DNA of 64,000 nucleotides from Calditrichota bacterium (GTDB taxonomy: Bacteria; CLD3), in assembly GCA_008501735.1 (NCBI GenBank), contig QQUF01000040.1:70431-134430 (forward strand), in the 5' to 3' direction. The translations under genes were made by a program, and so were the position numbers. Below, one piece after another: positions 52,466 to 62,051 of this stretch. The stretch's first letter is position 1. Each line of letters begins with the position of its first letter. Below the pieces are notes generated by a model. The model saw only the letters and a list, made by a program, of their open reading frames with translations. It did no database searches and was not told where the DNA came from.

Positions 52466-53239
52466 ATGACAAAAGTAACAATAATTTTTTTACTAATTTT
52501 TGTGGTGAATTTGCAAGGGCAGAGTAATTCTATTTCTGAAATCGAAAAAGCAATTTTCAGATTCACAAACAAAGAACGAACAGAGCGTGGACTTAAATCA
52601 CTAAAGTTCAACCAAGAACTTCAAGAACTTGCAAAAATTCACAATAAAAATATGAATGACTACGATTTCTTCGACCACGAAGACCAAAATGGAATGAAAA
52701 TTGGCGAAAGAAGGAAAGCATTTTTTCCTGAAATTCTCGGAGGTATTGGAGAAAATATTGCTTTTAACAAAGGTTACGAAATCGAAGGGACTGCTAAAAG
52801 ATTAGTCAAACAATGGATGAATTCTCCCGGTCATCGAGAAAATATTTTACGTAAAGAATTTACACAACTTGGAGTTGGAATTTTGGTTGAAGGAAACAAA
52901 ATTTACGGAACTCAAGTGTTCGGAAGTTTAGTTGCGAAAATTCTGACTCCGATTCCCCAAAAATTAGATTTTGGGGCAGAAAAAGAATTTACGTTTGAAT
53001 TCCTTGGTGATTTTGAGAAAAAGGACATCACAATTTTTGTTAATTTTCCTGATGAAAACGCAAAATTTTATGTGAGTAAAACTCAATACTACACAGGAGT
53101 TGGGAGCTATAAAGCAGAGTGGAATGGAAATAATTTTAAGTTCAAAGTTCGCTTCGACAAAGGAAAAGGGATTTACAAAATTCAAATTGGAAGCAAAGGA
53201 GAAGTCTTTCAAGAAGGAATTGAAATTTTAGTTGAGTAA
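52466..53239 (+). CDS. Secreted CAP (SCP) domain protein
   Basis: 'TNKER..RGL', 'FFDH', 'GENIA', 'WMNSPGHRENIL'. Confidence 0.92.
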   Translation: MTKVTIIFLLIFVVNLQGQSNSISEIEKAIFRFTNKERTERGLKSLKFNQELQELAKIHNKNMNDYDFFDHEDQNGMKIGERRKAFFPEILGGIGENIAFNKGYEIEGTAKRLVKQWMNSPGHRENILRKEFTQLGVGILVEGNKIYGTQVFGSLVAKILTPIPQKLDFGAEKEFTFEFLGDFEKKDITIFVNFPDENAKFYVSKTQYYTGVGSYKAEWNGNNFKFKVRFDKGKGIYKIQIGSKGEVFQEGIEILVE

Positions 53240-53254
53240 GGAAAAAAAGTTTTT

Positions 53255-53752
53255 TTATTTCTTGAATCTCAACTCGTAAATCAAGATTCCAACCACAACA
53301 AAGTAAGAAGTGTACATCAAAATTCCTGAAATCATTGTTACGTAAACAAAACTTGGATGTAGAAATCTCATTCCCCAAATTGAGCCGAAAGTTAAGACAA
53401 CTGAAATCATTGGTTCAAAAAGTAAAAATCCTTTCCAAAATCCACTAACAACTGTGTTAAAGTAAAAAATCATTCCAATCGCTAAGAAAATCAAAGACAT
53501 TGATATTATGTGGTTGTGAGTTGTAATTAAAAGTTCAGAGATTGGTTTTGGATAGTGCTCAGGAATTTCAAACTCGTCTTCTGATTCACTGGCTTGAGAA
53601 CCGTTGTAGCGAGTTACTGTTCCACTTGAGCTCATTCCTGTTGTTGTGTAAAGAAAAACCAAACCTGTTCCAACTCCTGTTGTCATCACAAGAACAAAAA
53701 TTAGGAGAAAATTTTTAAGTTGTCGGTCAAGCTTGTAAAGTTCAATTTTCAT
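53255..53752 (-). CDS. Four-TM membrane protein with HxH motif
   Basis: Four hydrophobic segments; 'LLITTHNHIISMS'. Confidence 0.7.
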   Translation of the reverse strand: MKIELYKLDRQLKNFLLIFVLVMTTGVGTGLVFLYTTTGMSSSGTVTRYNGSQASESEDEFEIPEHYPKPISELLITTHNHIISMSLIFLAIGMIFYFNTVVSGFWKGFLLFEPMISVVLTFGSIWGMRFLHPSFVYVTMISGILMYTSYFVVVGILIYELRFKK

Positions 53753-53753
53753 T

Positions 53754-54293
53754 TTATGGTTTTTCCTTAATGGCTTTTGCCAAAATACACAATTTTTGGA
53801 TCCCTTTTGAAACTGAATTTACAGAAATTGTTGCTCCACTAATTCCATCAACGTCTTTTCCAACTGTGAAGGAAGATTCAGCATTTCTGCCAATGAATTG
53901 TTCATTCCAATTTCTATTCCCGACTTGACCGCCGTAAGCTTCACGGTATTTTATAATTTCAGAAGAAAGAATTTTAGCTTCTTTGTCAAAGATTATAAGA
54001 AAAGTTATTGGCATTGCCTTACCAAGAACGTTGTCAAGAATTGCAAAACCTAAACTTGAATCGTTTTTTGTTATTTTCCAAAGATAAACCTCATCACGGA
54101 AAAATTTTTGCTTAGCCTCTTTTTCAATGGAGTTTTTCAATTCATTCTGAAGTTTGAATTTTTCAAAAGTAAGAGTTGATTCTTCACCGAAAATATTTTT
54201 AATCGAAGTTTCTGCATCATTCTTAATTGAGGAAAAAACATTCCCTGTCAAAGTGAAAAGCAAAAGTAAAATGTAAAAATTAGAAAATTTCAT
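53754..54293 (-). CDS. Exported FMN-binding (flavinylated) protein
   Basis: Signal peptide; 'YREAYG', 'VDGISGATIS' contains the [S/T]GA[S/T] flavinylation motif. Confidence 0.9.
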   Translation of the reverse strand: MKFSNFYILLLLFTLTGNVFSSIKNDAETSIKNIFGEESTLTFEKFKLQNELKNSIEKEAKQKFFRDEVYLWKITKNDSSLGFAILDNVLGKAMPITFLIIFDKEAKILSSEIIKYREAYGGQVGNRNWNEQFIGRNAESSFTVGKDVDGISGATISVNSVSKGIQKLCILAKAIKEKP

Positions 54294-54323
54294 TAACGTA
54301 AAATTTAAGTTTGTTGAAAAGAA

Positions 54324-54351
54324 AAGCCTAACAACTAAAATTGTTAGGCTT
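54324..54351 (-). terminator. Intra-operon hairpin after the porin gene
   Basis: AAGCCTAACAA-N6-TTGTTAGGCTT followed by a U-rich run on the minus strand. Confidence 0.7.
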
Positions 54352-54386
54352 ATTCTTAATTTTTAAAGGAGGCAAATTTATAAAAT

Positions 54387-55472
54387 TTAGAACATATAAC
54401 CAGCACCAAAATTAAACATTTTGGTTTTAGCATCCGAAAGCTCGTTTTTTGAAACTCCGTAATCAACTTTGAAAACTACTTGGTCAATTGGTTTGACTGA
54501 AAGCCCAACCATCCAAGTTGTAAGATGATTTGCTTTTTCAGAATCTCCACCAGCTTCTGTTTTTGCTGCTGTGTTGTAGTCTTCCCAACGGAAAAATGGA
54601 ATTATTTTTGTGTCGCAATTCATAAAACTTCCGACATTGTAACCTAAATCTAAGTAGTAACCAAAAGACGATTCAACACCACCGATTAAATCAGGTTCTC
54701 CATAAGTAATGTTTCCAAGTTCAAAAACACCAACGAAGTTATTAGCATCGTATTTTGCGTGAAACTCAAAAAGTGAAACAGAGTTGTTGCTACTCGAATC
54801 AACGTGAGTTGCATTATTATAAGAAAAAGAAGTTCCAACAAGCAAACCGTTTACGCCAGTGTAGTTTAATCTAAAATTGTAAAGTAAATCTTCTGCGTTT
54901 GATTCAAATCCTTTTTGCCTTCCGCTACGGATTCCAGAAGAAGAAAATCCAGTTGCATCTAAACCTTCCATAACTGTGAACTTGTAATCGAACCCTTTGA
55001 CATTTCCATAAATTGCGGCTCCGTTTCCGAACCAAGTTGTTGGAATAATATTTTTGCTGTAAGAAGGTCTTTCAACACTTAAAAATAATGGTGGCTCGTG
55101 CCATTCGTTAATTAAACCGACTGAAGGCAAAACAACTCCAACTTGAAATCCAAATTCATCAGAATGATGGTAATCAATGTAAGCTTGTTCGAGTTCAAGT
55201 TCTCCTTGACCTTCTTTAACAAAGTTGTGTTCGAGTTCTACTTCAGATTTGAAAGACCATTTTGGCGTCCAAGCGTGAGAATAAAAAAGAACGAATCTGT
55301 GAAAGTCTAATATCTTTTCAGCATCAGAACCGTCAGCTTTTGAGTGATTGTAGTGAAGTTCACCATAACCACCAATTGTTGATTTTGGTGTGAAAAATTC
55401 ATCATCTTCTGCGAATAAAATCGCAGGAATTGTTAAGGTTGCAAGTGCAGTAATTTTTAAAAAGTTATTCAT
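54387..55472 (-). CDS. Outer-membrane porin-like beta-barrel
   Basis: Signal peptide; 'IGGYGELHY', 'DFHRFVL', 'SEVELEH', 'ELEQAY', 'HEPP'; terminal 'GAGYMF'. Confidence 0.85.
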   Translation of the reverse strand: MNNFLKITALATLTIPAILFAEDDEFFTPKSTIGGYGELHYNHSKADGSDAEKILDFHRFVLFYSHAWTPKWSFKSEVELEHNFVKEGQGELELEQAYIDYHHSDEFGFQVGVVLPSVGLINEWHEPPLFLSVERPSYSKNIIPTTWFGNGAAIYGNVKGFDYKFTVMEGLDATGFSSSGIRSGRQKGFESNAEDLLYNFRLNYTGVNGLLVGTSFSYNNATHVDSSSNNSVSLFEFHAKYDANNFVGVFELGNITYGEPDLIGGVESSFGYYLDLGYNVGSFMNCDTKIIPFFRWEDYNTAAKTEAGGDSEKANHLTTWMVGLSVKPIDQVVFKVDYGVSKNELSDAKTKMFNFGAGYMF

Positions 55473-55492
55473 TTTAGAGAATACTCCGATTT

Positions 55493-55819
55493 TTAATTTT
55501 GTGAAAATTGTGAAAGTTTTACTATTTGTTTAATTTTTAAAGAAAGTTCAGCTCTGTTTAGTAGTGATTTTAGTTCATCAATTTCTTCTTTGTGGAATGC
55601 AAGAGTAACTCCAGAAAGAGAAACTAAAATCTTCCTGTTTTTATTTTTGTTAAGCTCCGACTTCTCGAATTTCTCAACATTCATTTCTTGAATGAAGGAT
55701 TTAAATTTTGTAAAAGCTTCGGGCTTAAATTTTAGAAAAAAGTTCCCAAATTCAAGGTTCACAGTTTGGCATTTTGGGTTGATTGAAACACAACCATTCG
55801 TGGAATTTTTTATTGTCAT
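55493..55819 (-). CDS. Hypothetical protein, DUF6686-like
   Basis: 'NG.VS...C....LEFGNF...F....F', 'LAF...EI.ELK.LL'; family recalled, not searched. Confidence 0.55.
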   Translation of the reverse strand: MTIKNSTNGCVSINPKCQTVNLEFGNFFLKFKPEAFTKFKSFIQEMNVEKFEKSELNKNKNRKILVSLSGVTLAFHKEEIDELKSLLNRAELSLKIKQIVKLSQFSQN

Positions 55820-55834
55820 TTTTTATTTAATTCT

Positions 55835-55855
55835 TATTGAGACTAAATTTCAATA
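55835..55855. promoter_or_regulatory. Fur-box-like operator
   Basis: TATTGA-GACTAAATT-TCAATA palindrome 16 nt upstream of the operon's first ATG. Confidence 0.6.
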
Positions 55856-55975
55856 GAAAGTTAATTGAATTCTTAAAAATGTCAAAACAATTTTTCAAAA
55901 GTTTTGAATTAAATTTTTTCTTAATCGTATTATCTTTTACAAAATTTAACGTGAAAACATTTTAGAGAGGATTTA

Positions 55976-56821
55976 ATGAAAATCTTAATTAGTTTATTTT
56001 TAGCAATCAATTTTATGTTCTTTCAAAGTTGCGAAACTTCAAACGCTCAAAGCAAGACGGAAGAAGATGCAATGAAAGCTTATAATCAGAAGAATTTTTC
56101 TGAGGCTGTAAAAATTATGAAAGACATTCTCAAAGTTCGGGAAACTGATTTTCGTTCTTTGACATTGGTTGGGCAGCTTTCCATTAGTGAAAATGACAAA
56201 GAAGGTTACGAGTTGACAATTAAACAATTGAAGAAAAATCCTGATGCTCCTGATTATGAAAAGGCATTTTTAGCTTATTTACAAGGTCAAGCAGCACTTT
56301 CTTTTGATAAAGATTACGACAAAGCAAAAGAGTTTGTAAAAGAAGCGTGGTTCTTGAGTCCGCAACTTCAAATGGTCAGCAAACTTAGAGACGAAATAAT
56401 TTCCTCTCAAAAACTTGGCAGACCAGCTCCAGACTTTGTTTTGGAAAAAGTCGGTACAAATGGCACTGAAAAAGTTTCACTAAAATCACTTCGAGGAAAA
56501 ACTGTAATTATTGATTTTTGGGCAACTTGGTGTGGTCCTTGTAGGCAAACAATGCCGAAAACAGAATCTCTTTATAAGAAAAGTCTTGAAAGTGATAAAG
56601 TCGTTGTCTTGACTGTTAATTTGAGAGAAGATGAAGCCAAAATTGCAGATTTTATGGGTAAAAATAAATACCAAATGACAGTTCTTTTGGATAAAGACGG
56701 AGCAATTGGTCAGGCTTACGAAGCAGTTTCAATTCCAAAATTAGTTGTAATTGACCCAGAAGGAAATTTGCAATTTGAAGGACACCCAAATCAGTTTAAT
56801 GAAAACTCTTTAACATTTTAA
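55976..56821 (+). CDS. TlpA/ResA-like thioredoxin lipoprotein with N-terminal TPR-like region
   Basis: Lipobox 'FQSC'; 'APDF.L', 'DFWATWCGPC', 'IPKLVVID'. Confidence 0.92.
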   Translation: MKILISLFLAINFMFFQSCETSNAQSKTEEDAMKAYNQKNFSEAVKIMKDILKVRETDFRSLTLVGQLSISENDKEGYELTIKQLKKNPDAPDYEKAFLAYLQGQAALSFDKDYDKAKEFVKEAWFLSPQLQMVSKLRDEIISSQKLGRPAPDFVLEKVGTNGTEKVSLKSLRGKTVIIDFWATWCGPCRQTMPKTESLYKKSLESDKVVVLTVNLREDEAKIADFMGKNKYQMTVLLDKDGAIGQAYEAVSIPKLVVIDPEGNLQFEGHPNQFNENSLTF

Positions 56822-56836
56822 AAAAAAATAAGATTT

Positions 56837-58675
56837 ATGAGAGATTTTATAAGAAAGAAGCTGATAATTTTAAAATCTTCGTCTGTTTTAATTCTTTTAT
56901 TTCTTGCGACTTTAAACTTATTTGCTAATTCTTATATTGGAACTGCAACTTGTCCAATAAAAGCAGATTTGGAAGAACAGAAAAAAGCTAATGATATTGC
57001 ACTTTCCGAGATGCTTTCACAAATTGCTGTTAGTGTTCAAAGTGACTTTACAAATTCAATTGAAGAAAATGTTTCTGCCAATGAAACGGAATTCAAAAGA
57101 CGTTGTGAGTCAATTCTCAAAACTTATTCTTCCGCTTCTTTGACAAACGCCAAGCTTAACAAAAGGCGAACCGACAAAGAAATTATTTTTCAGTGGTCAA
57201 TTCCAAAAAGTGAAGTTCAAAAAATCTTTTCTTCGAGGCTTCACCAAGCAGAAGGTTTATTCTTTTCTGCGGAAGAAGCTGAAAGTAAAAATCAACTTGA
57301 ACAAGCTCTAAGGTGGTTTTACCAAGCTGATTTACTTTTCAAAAGCGTTCCTGCAACTTTCCAACAGAATCAAAATGGAGTCAACGAACTTTCTTGCATC
57401 AAAAAAATTACAAAAATTTTGAACGGATTGGATTTCAAATTAAAAGATGATTGGCTTGAGGCAGATTCAAGAAAAATTTCATTTGAAACATTGTTCCAAA
57501 ATAAACCTGTTTCGAGTCTAAAAGTTCATTACGACAATGGATTTGATTGGATTCCAACAGAGGTTAATCACTCTGAACTTTTGATTTGGCTTGACGGTTC
57601 TGCAAAGAGTAAAAATGAAGTTGTTTTGGAAATTGAGTACAAATTTTCGTCTCACAAAGACCAAAACAGTACAGTCTCGGAAATTTGGGATTTGGTTGCA
57701 AAACCTAAATTTGATTCAAGAAAAGGTTTATCGTTTGCAAAAGAATCACAACCAAAATTAGAGCCAAAGATTGAACCACAAAAACCCAGAGATTTTGGTG
57801 TAAGAATCGCATTTGAAGAAAATTCTCCAAAAGGTTTCAAAGAAAATTCGCCTAAAAATTGTGCGTCTTTGGTGAAGCAATTTAAAGACGAGAAAATTAA
57901 CGATGAAAGCATTTTTGCCGATAAATTTGCAATCGCGAAAGCAAAAGATATTTTGCGTCTGACAAAGCCGAAACCACAGTCTGAAAATTTTAATCTCAAA
58001 TCTTACAAAAATAACGAAGGTTGGGAAGTTCGTGAAATTCCAGTGAGCCTTTCAAAGAAAGGCTTAAAGGGAATTGTTGACAATTTGGTTGTGGATTTTG
58101 ATGAAAACGGGAAAATTACCGACGTGAACTTTAGTATTGGAGAAGCAGATTTTCAGCGATTTTATGAAATTGGGCAAGAAGTTGAAGATTGGGAAAAGAG
58201 GCAAAAGATTGTAAAGTTTTTGGAGACTTTCAAAACAGCTTACAACTCAAGGCAAATCGAAGCAGTTGAGCAAATGTATTCTGACAACGCAGAAATTATT
58301 GTTGGAAAAGTCATCAAAAGCCAGCCTTTAAGTGTGGAAATAAAATCGCACTTACCACAAGAACGAATTGAATATTTGCATTTTACAAAACAAGATTACA
58401 TCCGAAGGCTTGGCAATATTTTTTCAGAAAACGTGAATTCATTTCTTTACTACCAATACGACCAACTCGAAGTGATTAAAGGAGCAAGAGGAAGTGAGAT
58501 TTACGGAGTTCACGTTAGGCAAAACTACATTTCTCAAAATTATGCCGATGAAGGTTATCTTTGCCTTGTGATAAATTTTGGTGAAGAACCTCCGTTGATT
58601 CACGTAAGAGCTTGGCTTCCACAAGAGTGGAGTGAAGAGCAATTAATTAAAGTAACGGATTTTGAAATTAAGTAA
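56837..58675 (+). CDS. Secreted hypothetical protein with LPP20-like N-terminal region
   Basis: Signal-like segment; 'A...ALSEM..QI.VSVQS'; C-term 'Y.DEGYL......IHVRAW.P'. Confidence 0.6.
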   Translation: MRDFIRKKLIILKSSSVLILLFLATLNLFANSYIGTATCPIKADLEEQKKANDIALSEMLSQIAVSVQSDFTNSIEENVSANETEFKRRCESILKTYSSASLTNAKLNKRRTDKEIIFQWSIPKSEVQKIFSSRLHQAEGLFFSAEEAESKNQLEQALRWFYQADLLFKSVPATFQQNQNGVNELSCIKKITKILNGLDFKLKDDWLEADSRKISFETLFQNKPVSSLKVHYDNGFDWIPTEVNHSELLIWLDGSAKSKNEVVLEIEYKFSSHKDQNSTVSEIWDLVAKPKFDSRKGLSFAKESQPKLEPKIEPQKPRDFGVRIAFEENSPKGFKENSPKNCASLVKQFKDEKINDESIFADKFAIAKAKDILRLTKPKPQSENFNLKSYKNNEGWEVREIPVSLSKKGLKGIVDNLVVDFDENGKITDVNFSIGEADFQRFYEIGQEVEDWEKRQKIVKFLETFKTAYNSRQIEAVEQMYSDNAEIIVGKVIKSQPLSVEIKSHLPQERIEYLHFTKQDYIRRLGNIFSENVNSFLYYQYDQLEVIKGARGSEIYGVHVRQNYISQNYADEGYLCLVINFGEEPPLIHVRAWLPQEWSEEQLIKVTDFEIK

Positions 58676-58747
58676 ATTTTTTTTAAAAAATACTTTTGTT
58701 AAAAACTTTGGAATAGTTTACTTTTTAGAAAACCAAAAGGTAAACTA

Positions 58748-59047
58748 ATGAAAAACCTAAAAGAAATCCGAAGAGTTCTCCAAAATGAAAAACCGTTTTT
58801 AATCCAAAAGTATGGCATAAAAGATATAAAAATCTTTGGTTCATTTGTGAGAGGTGAACAAAATTCCAAAAGCGATTTAGACATTTTGATTGATTTGGAG
58901 AAACCAGTCAAAATGGATTTAATAGGTTTAATTGAATTAGAAAATTACCTTTCAGATTTAATAAATATTAAGGTTGAAATTTCCATTAAAGAAAATTTAA
59001 AGCAGCGAATCGGGAAACACATTCTTAGAGAAGCAATTGAAGTATGA
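58748..59047 (+). CDS. mntA: Minimal nucleotidyltransferase antitoxin (MNT)
   Basis: GS-x10-DxD: 'FGSFVRGEQNSKSDLDILID'. Confidence 0.92.
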   Translation: MKNLKEIRRVLQNEKPFLIQKYGIKDIKIFGSFVRGEQNSKSDLDILIDLEKPVKMDLIGLIELENYLSDLINIKVEISIKENLKQRIGKHILREAIEV

Positions 59048-59385
59048 AAAAGGAGTTTTTAGATTACTTAATAGATATTTTGGACGTTTCAGAAAAAGCA
59101 CAAGAGTTCGTAAAGGGAATGACTTTTGAAGAATTTAAAATTGATTTTAGAACCAATTTTGCAGTTGCGAGGTCTTTGGAAATTATTGGAGAAGCTGTAA
59201 AAAGAATTCCTGACGATGTTAAAATAAATTATCCACAAATTCCTTGGAGAGCAATTGCTGGAATGAGAGACAAAATAATCCACGGTTACGATAACATTAA
59301 TTTGCTCTTGGTTTGGGAAACAGTAACTGTAAAACTTCCTAAAATTCATAAAGAGTTTGAACAGATTTTACAAGATTATTCGTAA
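59044..59385 (+). CDS. hepT: HEPN/DUF86 RNase toxin
   Basis: 'LEIIGEA', 'IPW..IAGMRDKIIHGY' (Rx4HxY); ATGA overlap with MNT. Confidence 0.92.
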   Translation: MKKEFLDYLIDILDVSEKAQEFVKGMTFEEFKIDFRTNFAVARSLEIIGEAVKRIPDDVKINYPQIPWRAIAGMRDKIIHGYDNINLLLVWETVTVKLPKIHKEFEQILQDYS

Positions 59386-59550
59386 ATATTTTCGGAGAAA
59401 TTAATGGAAAATTTAAACTTAAAAATAGTTCATAACTTCCCAAAAAATTGTAAAAATATAATTTTTTTAAAAGGCAGTTTTCTAAAAGATAAAGCAGATT
59501 TCAAAATCATATTTTTTAGGTAATTATTGCAAAAAATAGGAAAATTCAAA

Positions 59551-62022
59551 ATGAGAACACTGTTACTAATATTTATAATTTTATCCTTTTCTTCTTGTTA
59601 TGAAGAACCTGACGGACTAAATCCTTTTGAAGAAAATTACATTCCACCTGCTCCAACTAACTTAAAACTCACACAAATTTCCGATTCAGAAGTTAGACTT
59701 TCTTGGAATTTTGTATACGAAGGAGAATACCAAGGAGAATTTCAAAAAGCACTTCAAGGTTTTAAAATTGAGAAAAAAACTAACAGTGGAAGTTTTGTTG
59801 AAATTGCAAGTGTGGATTCTGATTCAACAAGTTTTATTGATACTGGACTTTCAATTTTAGATACTTGTTTTTATCGAGTTAAGGCTTTTACAGAGACAAA
59901 TGTTTCTGATTTTTCTACTGAAAAAAGCATTAAAACAAATTTTCTCGCTCCAACTGATTTAGTAATCACTCTAGTTTCGGATTCAAAGGTAAGTCTTAAT
60001 TGGAAAGATAACACAACTTTTGAAGATGGATTTAAAGTTGAAAGAAAAGAAGGAAGTGGAGATTTTACAGAAATAGTAGTTTTACCCTCTGATTCAACGA
60101 GTTTTACTGATTCTGAACTTTCGACTTTACAAACTTATTTTTATCGAGTCAGAGCTTTTACTGAGGTGAATATTTCTGAATTTTCAAATGAGGGAAATAC
60201 TCAAACAAATTTTCCTGCTCCTTCAAACTTAGGAATTACTCAAATTACAGATTCAGAAGTTCTATTGACTTGGCAAGACAATACAATTTTTGGGGAAGGA
60301 TTTATTGTCGAAAGAAAAGAGGATAGTGGAAGTTTTACTGAAATTGCAACTGTTGGAAAAGATTCAACAGATTTTATTGATACAGGACTTTTGATTACTA
60401 AAGTTTACTCTTACAGAGTCAAAGCTGTAAGCCTTGTTAATTCTTCAAATTTTAGTCAAGAGCAAAGCATTCAAACTGATTTTCCTGCACCTACAAATTT
60501 GCAAATTACAGATTTAAGCGATTCTGAGGTTCAGCTTACTTGGTCTGATAATTCAACATTTGAAGATGGATTTAAAATTGAAAGAAAATATGTTAATAAC
60601 GAATTTTTGGAAATTGCAATAATAGACAAAAATATAAATGAATATATTGATAACGAAGTATTAATCGAAACCACATATTTTTATCGAGTCAGAGCCTTTA
60701 CACAAACTAATAATTCTATTTTTACGAACGAGGAGCCTATACAAACCCATTTTCCAGCTCCAACAAATTTGCAAATAACCAGCGTTTCTCATTCAGAAGT
60801 TTTGCTTAACTGGGAAGACAATTCGACTTTTGAAGAAGGGTTTAAAATTGAGAGGCAAGCTAATGGAGGTGGTTTTATGGAAGTAGGAATTGTAAGTAGT
60901 AATTTAACACAATTTTCTGATTTTGATTTGGATGTAACTAAGTCCTATTCCTATAAAATTAGAGCATTTACAAATCTAAACCTTTCTACTGGTGAAGCCA
61001 AAACAATACATTATAACTCATTTTATTCTAAAAAATGGGCAGGTAGTCACACTGGTGATGTTGTTGCTGTTGAATTCAGTCCTAATCAAAATAAAGTTTT
61101 GAGTGCAAGTTCTGATAATACGCTTAGATTATGGAATGTTGAAACAGGTTTATCTTTTTGGTCAAGAACTCATATAGATGATGTTAGTTCAATTGCTTTT
61201 AATTATGACGGTAGTGTCATTGCCAGTGGAGGAAATGATAAATTCTTAAAAGTTTGGAATGAAAGTGGTACAGAAATGTGGAGTAAATTACACTCATCTC
61301 ACGTAAAACAAGTAGCATTTAGTCCTGATGGAAGCAAAATTGCAAGCGGTACATCCAGTGGTGAATTGAAAGTATGGAATGTCGTTGATGGTGCATTAAT
61401 TTGGAGTGAAAATCAAACGGAAGAAATAATTTCTCTTGAGTTCAGTCCTACTGAAGATAAATTAGCTAGTGCAAGCTTAGATGATACTTTGAAATTATGG
61501 AATGTGACAACTGGTTTACTACATTGGGAAGAACCTCATTCAAATGATGTTGGTTCTATTAGTTTTAGTCCTGACGGAGAAAAGATAGTTAGTGTCGGTA
61601 AAGATTTCGCATTGAAAATGTGGAATGTCAGTAATGATTCACTCCTATGGATACAAAATAACTCTAGTCTTAACACGCAAGTTTGTTTCAGTCCTGATGG
61701 AAGTAAAATTCTAATTGGAACAGTAGGAAATCGAATTGAAATGAGAGATTCAAATAATGGCTCTTTTCTTTGGTTTGGAAATCACATAGGCGATATAACT
61801 TCAATAACATTTAATGAATTAGGGACTTTGGCTTTTAGTACAAGTTTAGATAATACAATTAAAGTCTGGAACTCTTCTTCTGGTGAATTACTTTGGACTG
61901 GGAATCACAATAATATTGTTTATTCTTGTTCATCAAATAATGAAGGTAATAGAATTGTTAGTGGAGGTAAGGATAACGTATTAAACTTATGGGAGTTAGG
62001 TGGAGAATGGGTGATAGAATAA
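59551..62022 (+). CDS. Lipoprotein with five fibronectin type III repeats and a WD40 propeller
   Basis: Lipobox 'FSSC'; five '(P)APTNL...L.W.DN...GF.IER...Y.YRV.A' repeats; about seven 'H...V....FSPDG..I.S...D..L..W' repeats. Confidence 0.9.
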   Translation: MRTLLLIFIILSFSSCYEEPDGLNPFEENYIPPAPTNLKLTQISDSEVRLSWNFVYEGEYQGEFQKALQGFKIEKKTNSGSFVEIASVDSDSTSFIDTGLSILDTCFYRVKAFTETNVSDFSTEKSIKTNFLAPTDLVITLVSDSKVSLNWKDNTTFEDGFKVERKEGSGDFTEIVVLPSDSTSFTDSELSTLQTYFYRVRAFTEVNISEFSNEGNTQTNFPAPSNLGITQITDSEVLLTWQDNTIFGEGFIVERKEDSGSFTEIATVGKDSTDFIDTGLLITKVYSYRVKAVSLVNSSNFSQEQSIQTDFPAPTNLQITDLSDSEVQLTWSDNSTFEDGFKIERKYVNNEFLEIAIIDKNINEYIDNEVLIETTYFYRVRAFTQTNNSIFTNEEPIQTHFPAPTNLQITSVSHSEVLLNWEDNSTFEEGFKIERQANGGGFMEVGIVSSNLTQFSDFDLDVTKSYSYKIRAFTNLNLSTGEAKTIHYNSFYSKKWAGSHTGDVVAVEFSPNQNKVLSASSDNTLRLWNVETGLSFWSRTHIDDVSSIAFNYDGSVIASGGNDKFLKVWNESGTEMWSKLHSSHVKQVAFSPDGSKIASGTSSGELKVWNVVDGALIWSENQTEEIISLEFSPTEDKLASASLDDTLKLWNVTTGLLHWEEPHSNDVGSISFSPDGEKIVSVGKDFALKMWNVSNDSLLWIQNNSSLNTQVCFSPDGSKILIGTVGNRIEMRDSNNGSFLWFGNHIGDITSITFNELGTLAFSTSLDNTIKVWNSSSGELLWTGNHNNIVYSCSSNNEGNRIVSGGKDNVLNLWELGGEWVIE

Positions 62023-62051
62023 AAAATATTTTAATTGAAAAGTTTAAGATT

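Noticed and set aside
59404..59523. 39-aa ORF with GGAG RBS after hepT
   Set aside because: Low-complexity AT-rich translation with no recognisable motif; may be a gene remnant but cannot be supported
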